From an uncultured Pseudomonadota bacterium (lineage in GTDB: Bacteria; Pseudomonadota; Alphaproteobacteria; Rs-D84): a stretch of DNA of 33,886 nucleotides. Numbering within the stretch: position 1 is the first letter of the stretch; each line of letters begins with the position of its first letter. Both the position numbers and the translations under genes were made by a program. Location of the stretch: positions 1 to 33,886 of the forward strand of contig CACZUL010000003.1 of assembly GCA_902784285.1 (NCBI GenBank), given 5' to 3'. The notes beneath the pieces are model-generated. The model saw only the letters and a program-made list of their open reading frames with translations, did not search any database and had not been told where the DNA came from. Shown here one piece after another: positions 28,738 through 33,886 of this stretch.

Positions 28738-30279
28738 TTATGAATCTAGATCATCTGGAATATCGTCTAAATCAATTGGCGGATTTTCAGCATCTTGCGT
28801 CGGGGCAGAAAAATCTTCGGCGAACTGGACACCGCGGTTTGCCATTTCATTCAGGTTATCAAACAGACTGAATTCTGGCAAAAACGCAACGGTTATAGTG
28901 TCTGTTTTACCGTGGCGGTTTTTACTGATGATAATATCGGCCTTGCCCTTGGCTTTTTCCATTCGGTTTTGCCAAGACCCAACAGACTTTTCGTTTGCCG
29001 TCCCCGAAAGACGGAACGAAGGATCACGATTTGCCAAATAATATTCTTCACGATATGTGAACATAACGATGTCGGCATCTTGTTCAATAGACCCAGATTC
29101 ACGTAAATCAGACAATTGTGGCCGTTTATCATCGCGCATTTCAACACTGCGTGATAATTGCGACAGGGCAATAACCGGTACATTAAATTCTTTGGCCAGC
29201 ATTTTAAGACCGCGTGTTATTTCGGACAGCTCTTGCACACGGTTGTCTTTGTTTTTGCCACCCGGCGATGTAAGTAGCTGTAGATAGTCAATAACAATAA
29301 GGGCGATACCATGATATTTCCGCGCCAAACGCCGAACACGTGTGCGAATCATCGGAACAGACATTCCTGGTGTATCGTCTATGAACAACGGAACCCGACT
29401 TATAGCATCGGAAAACTGAGTCATTTTAAGAAAATCTTCATCGGTCAATGAACCTTCACGCATTGCGCTGGATGGGATTCTGGACTGAGAAGAAAGGACG
29501 CGCGCCGCCAATTCGGATTGCCCCATTTCCAAACTGAAAAATGCAACTGCCCCAGTATATTGTGGATTTGCGCGCCCGGCAAATATTGCATTTGCCGCGT
29601 TAAACGCGATGTTCATGGCCAGGGTTGTTTTACCCATACCTGGACGACCCGCAATAATAAGCAAGTTCGATTTATGCATACCACTTATGGCCTTGTCCAA
29701 ATCGGTAAATCCGGTTGTAAGACCAGAAAGTTTTCCATCCGCCTTGTATGCAATTTCGGCTTCGACAAGGGCGCTTTTTAATGCGTTGGCAATTGGGGTT
29801 ACATCATGTCCCGTGTCGCCGGTTGTCGCCATGTTGAACAGCATTTGTTCGGCATTTTCAATTTGTGTTGATACAGGATTGTCTAAATCTTCGACAAATG
29901 CGGAATCGGTTATAGATTGCCCAATTTGAATTAGTTCACGGCGCATCGCATTTTCGTGAACGATTCGACCATATTGTTCGACATTTACAACCGTTGCGCC
30001 TGCGCCGGCCAGTTGGGTAAGATAGTCGATTCCACCAACTGATTCTAATGTTCCCTGTTGGTCCAGGTAATTTTTAATGGTGATGATGTCGAACGGAATA
30101 CCAGCAGCAAATTGGCGCATTGCCAACTTATAGATTTCTTGGTGTGCGGGATGTGAAAAATCTTCGGGCCTTAAAAATTCAGATATTTTTTCTAATGCCC
30201 GATTGTTCATCAACACCGCGGCCAGAACGGCCTGTTCGGCTTCTATATTAGTTGGTAAAGTTTTGGGAGTAAAGTCCAT
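28738..30279 (-). CDS. dnaB: Replicative DNA helicase
   Basis: EAEQAVLAAVL, GRPGMGKT, FSLEM, IDYLQL, LSQLSR, DLRESGSIEQDAD, KNRHG. Confidence 0.98.
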   Translation of the reverse strand: MDFTPKTLPTNIEAEQAVLAAVLMNNRALEKISEFLRPEDFSHPAHQEIYKLAMRQFAAGIPFDIITIKNYLDQQGTLESVGGIDYLTQLAGAGATVVNVEQYGRIVHENAMRRELIQIGQSITDSAFVEDLDNPVSTQIENAEQMLFNMATTGDTGHDVTPIANALKSALVEAEIAYKADGKLSGLTTGFTDLDKAISGMHKSNLLIIAGRPGMGKTTLAMNIAFNAANAIFAGRANPQYTGAVAFFSLEMGQSELAARVLSSQSRIPSSAMREGSLTDEDFLKMTQFSDAISRVPLFIDDTPGMSVPMIRTRVRRLARKYHGIALIVIDYLQLLTSPGGKNKDNRVQELSEITRGLKMLAKEFNVPVIALSQLSRSVEMRDDKRPQLSDLRESGSIEQDADIVMFTYREEYYLANRDPSFRLSGTANEKSVGSWQNRMEKAKGKADIIISKNRHGKTDTITVAFLPEFSLFDNLNEMANRGVQFAEDFSAPTQDAENPPIDLDDIPDDLDS

Positions 30280-31126
30280 GTCAGATATAGTATATGAAAA
30301 AAAAGTTTTTTCAATTCCTTTTTTATCTGGGTATTCTGAACTGAAAATTCCGATTCTTGATTCAGACGGAAACTCCGCATGGCCGGCGTTTTTTCCGGTT
30401 GAAAAGATTGTGGAAATTCGAAAAACGGTCGGCGAAAGGCACTTTTCGGGTCAAATGATGCTGGAATTCGTGTCGCCAGACAGGGTGCGATTGGACCCCG
30501 GTTTAATCCATTTTTACGAAGACGAATTTGATACTCATACTGCACGAATTGGTGAAAATATGATATCAGGTGGAATAATTTATTGGGACCCATCGGGTGG
30601 GCGCCACCATTCAGATAACAGTGTTTGTGCTTTGATATATCGGGACGATAAAAATCGGCAAATCTTTCTGCACGATATTATGTATATGATTGTTCCCGAT
30701 GAAATAGATTATCCATTGGCATACCAGTGCGACCAAGTAATAAAGTTTGTCCTTCATCACAAAATGCATCAGATTGCCATAGAAACAAATGGCATAGGCG
30801 CGGCATTGCCCGAAATAATGCGTAATATTATAAATCGCAATGGATACCCAATCCAGATAATCAATATAACAAATTCGCGCCGCAAAGAAGATCGTATATT
30901 GGATGCATTGGAACCAATAATGACGACGGGAAGAATGTATGCGAATCGGCGAATCACCCAAACCCCATTTATATCTGAAATGTTATCGTGGACACCGATT
31001 GGTAGTGCCGAACATGACGATGGTCTGGATGCGGTTGCGGGCGCGATTTCTTGCACGCCAGTGCCGATACGGCCATTGGGAAATTCTGTGCCGCGATATA
31101 CGGCAAATACAGATTTTAAAATTTAA
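30278..31126 (+). CDS. Large terminase, C-terminal nuclease half (282 aa)
   Basis: SAWP..F, YWDPS...DNS, IETNGIG, KEDRI, HDDGLDAVAGAI RNase H-like acidic motifs; GGGAG SD before ATG 30278. Confidence 0.85.
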   Translation: MSDIVYEKKVFSIPFLSGYSELKIPILDSDGNSAWPAFFPVEKIVEIRKTVGERHFSGQMMLEFVSPDRVRLDPGLIHFYEDEFDTHTARIGENMISGGIIYWDPSGGRHHSDNSVCALIYRDDKNRQIFLHDIMYMIVPDEIDYPLAYQCDQVIKFVLHHKMHQIAIETNGIGAALPEIMRNIINRNGYPIQIINITNSRRKEDRILDALEPIMTTGRMYANRRITQTPFISEMLSWTPIGSAEHDDGLDAVAGAISCTPVPIRPLGNSVPRYTANTDFKI

Positions 31127-31148
31127 ACGTAAAACAAAAGGAAATAAT

Positions 31149-32375
31149 ATGAAATATGACTTACAACAAATGTACACCCGCGCGATAAATATGCGTGAAC
31201 CATGGATACGTCGTTGGACTGATGCGCGCAGATACACAATGCCAACAACCGATGAAGATTTGGCAACATTGTTTGATGCAACTGCGTCCGATGCCGCAGA
31301 CAATTTGGCGGCATGTATGTATTCATTACTGACCCCGCCGGAATCTTTGTGGTTGAACCTTGTTCGCGAAAGCCCCGATTCGCCAGACCCAGAAATTGCA
31401 ACAGCCGTATTGCGGGCAAATTTAAACGATTCGAATTTTTACACAACCGTTCACCAATGCTATATGGATTTAGTAACATTGGGAACTGCATGTTTATTTA
31501 TGGCGGAATCACCCATTGGTTCGGCCAGTGCGTTTTCTTTCACTGCGATACCAATTTCTGACATTGCAATTTTGCCGAATGCGATATTTCACACAGCAAC
31601 GATTTCCGCATCGGAAATTTTACGCCGTTACCCTGAATGGACACCGCCGCGTGATATAGCAGAAAAAATAAAGCAAGACGGCGAATATCAAATGCGCCTG
31701 GTTCAATCTTTGGTTGATACAGAATTTACGGCATGGGTTGATGTTGGTGGCGATTTAGAAAACAACATAGTTTCGCGCGGAACATTTGAAACGAATCCTT
31801 ATTTAATTTTCCGTTGGTCGGTTGCAAGTGGCGAATTGTACGGTCGTGGTCCGATTCTGCGTGCTTTGCCGGATATAAAAACCGCAAACAAAGTTGTAGA
31901 ATTGGTCTTGAAAAACGCGACCATCGCGGTCAGTGGTATATGGCAGGCCGATGATGACGGTGTTATAAACCTTGGCAATATCAATTTGACACCGGGCGCG
32001 ATAATTCCCAAAGCCGTGGGCAGTTCGGGTCTAACCCCACTTGCATCCGGGGCGAACTTTGATGTGTCGCAATTAATATTAAAAGATTTGCGTGAACGCA
32101 TCCGCCATACATTGTTGGCCGACAGAATCGGATTATTGTCTGAAAAAGAAATGACGGCAACGGAAATATTGGCGCGCAATGCGGATATGTTGCGCATATT
32201 GGGAGCAACATACGGTCGGTTGCTGCATGAATTCATCCGACCATTGTGCGATCGTGGGTTACAGATTTTGGCGCGCCGTGGTGTGATTGAAAAAATATCA
32301 CTGCACGGGGACGCGGAATTGAAATACATTGCACCGATTGCACAAATGGTAGCGGAAAACAACACACTGATTTAG
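31149..32375 (+). CDS. Portal / head-to-tail connector protein (podovirus type), 408 aa
   Basis: LFDATASDAADNLAA, LTPP, SNFY, DLVTLGT, RW...GELYGRGP...ALPDIK, MTATEI. Confidence 0.9.
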   Translation: MKYDLQQMYTRAINMREPWIRRWTDARRYTMPTTDEDLATLFDATASDAADNLAACMYSLLTPPESLWLNLVRESPDSPDPEIATAVLRANLNDSNFYTTVHQCYMDLVTLGTACLFMAESPIGSASAFSFTAIPISDIAILPNAIFHTATISASEILRRYPEWTPPRDIAEKIKQDGEYQMRLVQSLVDTEFTAWVDVGGDLENNIVSRGTFETNPYLIFRWSVASGELYGRGPILRALPDIKTANKVVELVLKNATIAVSGIWQADDDGVINLGNINLTPGAIIPKAVGSSGLTPLASGANFDVSQLILKDLRERIRHTLLADRIGLLSEKEMTATEILARNADMLRILGATYGRLLHEFIRPLCDRGLQILARRGVIEKISLHGDAELKYIAPIAQMVAENNTLI

Positions 32376-32385
32376 CGGGGCAAAA

Positions 32386-32592
32386 ATGGAACGTATAGAG
32401 GTCGCATACGCGCGCACATTTGGCACCGCATCGGGACAAATTGTTTTGGAACACCTGCGCAAGATTACAATAGAACGTGCGTTGGGTCCAAATGCATCTG
32501 AATCAGAACTGCGCAGTATCGAGGCACAACGCGCCATGGTTCATAAAATTGAACAGTTGGTATTACGGGGGCGGGAAAATGCAAAAACATAA
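32386..32592 (+). CDS. Bbp19-like small phage protein
   Basis: YARTFGTASGQIVLEHLR...LRSIEAQRAMV directly after the portal gene. Confidence 0.7.
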   Translation: MERIEVAYARTFGTASGQIVLEHLRKITIERALGPNASESELRSIEAQRAMVHKIEQLVLRGRENAKT

Positions 32593-32836
32593 CGGTTTAT
32601 CAAACATCATTGAAACATTACGCAGTGGTTGGTTTTTAATTGCGTTTATCGCAGGTATGATTTATTGGGTTGCCCGTCAAGATAATGCACTTGTAGAATT
32701 GGACAGATTGACGGTTCGCATGACGACATTGGAAAATCGGACGACAGTATTAGAAACAGGAATAGGGCAGTTGCAATTAAAAATAGACGGTATCAAAGAA
32801 GATGTAACATTGATTAAAACCGCTGTTATAAAGTAA
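32579..32836 (+). CDS. Single-TM coiled-coil protein (possible lysis/holin-like)
   Basis: TM WFLIAFIAGMIYWVA followed by heptad repeats; overlaps the previous gene. Confidence 0.65.
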   Translation: MQKHNGLSNIIETLRSGWFLIAFIAGMIYWVARQDNALVELDRLTVRMTTLENRTTVLETGIGQLQLKIDGIKEDVTLIKTAVIK

Positions 32837-32839
32837 AAC

Positions 32840-32873
32840 AAAATCCCGCACGTTTTGTGCGGGATTATTTTTT
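32840..32873. terminator. Terminator closing the phage-like cluster
   Basis: AATCCCGCAC-GTTTT-GTGCGGGATT plus T-run. Confidence 0.75.
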
Positions 32874-33022
32874 TAACAACCACCGGTTGCGTTACCAATC
32901 CATTTAGAAATAGAAATATCTTTGTGGAACAAGAAATCATATTCGCAATTTCCAGATTTATATGAACCTGTACATGCGGCCAATGTCAGAACGGCAAACA
33001 ATGCCAAGATAACTTTTTTCAT
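32873..33022 (-). CDS. Small lipoprotein (49 aa)
   Basis: MKKVILALFAVLTLAAC lipobox; AAGGAG SD. Confidence 0.75.
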   Translation of the reverse strand: MKKVILALFAVLTLAACTGSYKSGNCEYDFLFHKDISISKWIGNATGGC

Positions 33023-33134
33023 ACTTTCTCCTTTTGTGCTGTTGGTTCGTCCAAGATTATATTTGTATTTTTTCAAAACGCAAAATTAAAAATCGCCAAC
33101 ACCAAAGTTTTGCCGTAATCTTGGTCAATGCGGT

Positions 33135-33476
33135 TTAAAATGCCTGTTTAACCCATGTAATGCGCCATCCGTGGATTATTATTACATCAAACCGTGCATA
33201 GCCCATCCATTTTTTCTGTAACAGGTATGTTTCCGCCGCGGCGCGTAATCGTTTTGTTTGTGTCCATGTAATGGCATTCCAACCCGTCGATATGGTTTTG
33301 CGTTTTTTAACTTCGACAAACACTATCAAATTTCCACGTTTTGCGATAATGTCTATTTCTGCACGGCCAGTGTATCGGCCCGTGGTATATCGGCGCCGAA
33401 CAATTCTGAACCCATGCAACATTAAATATGCGCACGCAACAATTTCCGAAAAAATACCCTTCTGATAAGAATCCAT
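33135..33476 (-). CDS. yraN: YraN/UPF0102 family endonuclease-like protein
   Basis: G...E..A..YL, EIDIIA, VFVEVKKR, RFDVI. Confidence 0.92.
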   Translation of the reverse strand: MDSYQKGIFSEIVACAYLMLHGFRIVRRRYTTGRYTGRAEIDIIAKRGNLIVFVEVKKRKTISTGWNAITWTQTKRLRAAAETYLLQKKWMGYARFDVIIIHGWRITWVKQAF

Positions 33477-33482
33477 TTTAAA

Positions 33483-33884
33483 TTAAAACGCATAAGATTT
33501 TGCCGCAAAATTATCGGTCGCACTTTGAATATTTATCGCACTGTCTTCCGCCTGGCGACCACAGTCAACCAATTCCAGTTCACCATAGTATGCGGTCATC
33601 ATTGGGTCAAACGCATTATCCGAACTGACCCATTTGTCGGTATCTGAATTTGGATTGCCGTATTTATCCAACACATTTTGCCACCATGCCCAGATTTTCT
33701 TGTCGCGTTGATTGGCAAATTTTACGGCATCGCCTTCGACTTCATCAACATCATTTTTATATACGATTTTCCATACGACATTATTGGTCGCGTTACTGGT
33801 AAAATAAACATCGACGGTTTCGCCAGTTACATTTCGGACCAGGTGCAATTCTGCGGCATACATTACCCCACGATTTCGTGCCAA
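33483..33884 (-). CDS. Hypothetical protein, 3' part (runs off the window)
   Basis: Open frame to the window edge; WQNVLDKYGNPN. Confidence 0.7.
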   Translation of the reverse strand: MARNRGVMYAAELHLVRNVTGETVDVYFTSNATNNVVWKIVYKNDVDEVEGDAVKFANQRDKKIWAWWQNVLDKYGNPNSDTDKWVSSDNAFDPMMTAYYGELELVDCGRQAEDSAINIQSATDNFAAKSYAF

Positions 33885-33886
33885 AG

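Larger units (their letters stand above)
20731..32836 (+). mobile_element. Domesticated podovirus-like virion gene cluster (GTA-like or cryptic prophage) interleaved with host genes
   Basis: Hydrolase, holin-like, scaffold, capsid, tail tubes, terminase and portal all on +; no integrase or replication genes seen. Confidence 0.75.

Noticed and set aside
26970-30277. Intron or intein interrupting terL
   Set aside because: The insert is three ordinary antisense genes; there is a stop codon after the N-half and no recognisable splicing motifs, RT or homing endonuclease.
28738-30279. dnaB as a phage replication gene
   Set aside because: Looks like a full-length alphaproteobacterial chromosomal DnaB with its own promoter and no phage initiator or primase nearby; copy number still needs checking.
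30203-31148. Upstream extensions of terL-C (30203) and portal (30939)
   Set aside because: They overlap dnaB and terL-C respectively; ATGs with SD-like sites at 30278 and 31149 are better starts.
20731-32836. Diversity-generating retroelement as in BPP-1, or an intact inducible prophage
   Set aside because: No reverse transcriptase, TR/VR pair, tail fibre, integrase or replication module seen in the window.
32873-33022. Small lipoprotein as an o-spanin
   Set aside because: Opposite strand and beyond the cluster's terminator; no supporting similarity.

Overview
AT-rich chromosomal window from a Gram-negative alphaproteobacterium (lpxI, alpha-type DnaB/PriA, orphan VirB11). The style suggests a reduced gut lineage such as Rs-D84/'Ca. 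Enterousia', which is inference only. The left 20 kb holds housekeeping genes (gap, miaA, priA, lpxI, birA, an RlmD-like methyltransferase), lineage-specific secreted proteins, a tRNA-Ser(TGA) with repeated 3'-end/hairpin units preceding NUDIX and Fic-like genes, and a candidate ~190-nt anti-Shine-Dalgarno sRNA. From 20.7 to 32.8 kb lies a minimal podovirus-like (BPP-1/T7-type) virion gene set: cell-wall hydrolase, holin-like protein, scaffold, capsid, tail tube A/B, internal protein, terminase, portal and a Bbp19-like protein. It has no integrase or phage replication module and is interleaved with host genes, so it looks like a domesticated gene-transfer-agent-like system. The large terminase is split into ATPase and nuclease halves by a 3.3-kb antisense block (dnaB, double-HTH CI-like regulator, hypothetical gene). 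A degenerate in-frame direct repeat sits at the two junctions, and the dnaB and terminase-C start codons overlap in one CATG.
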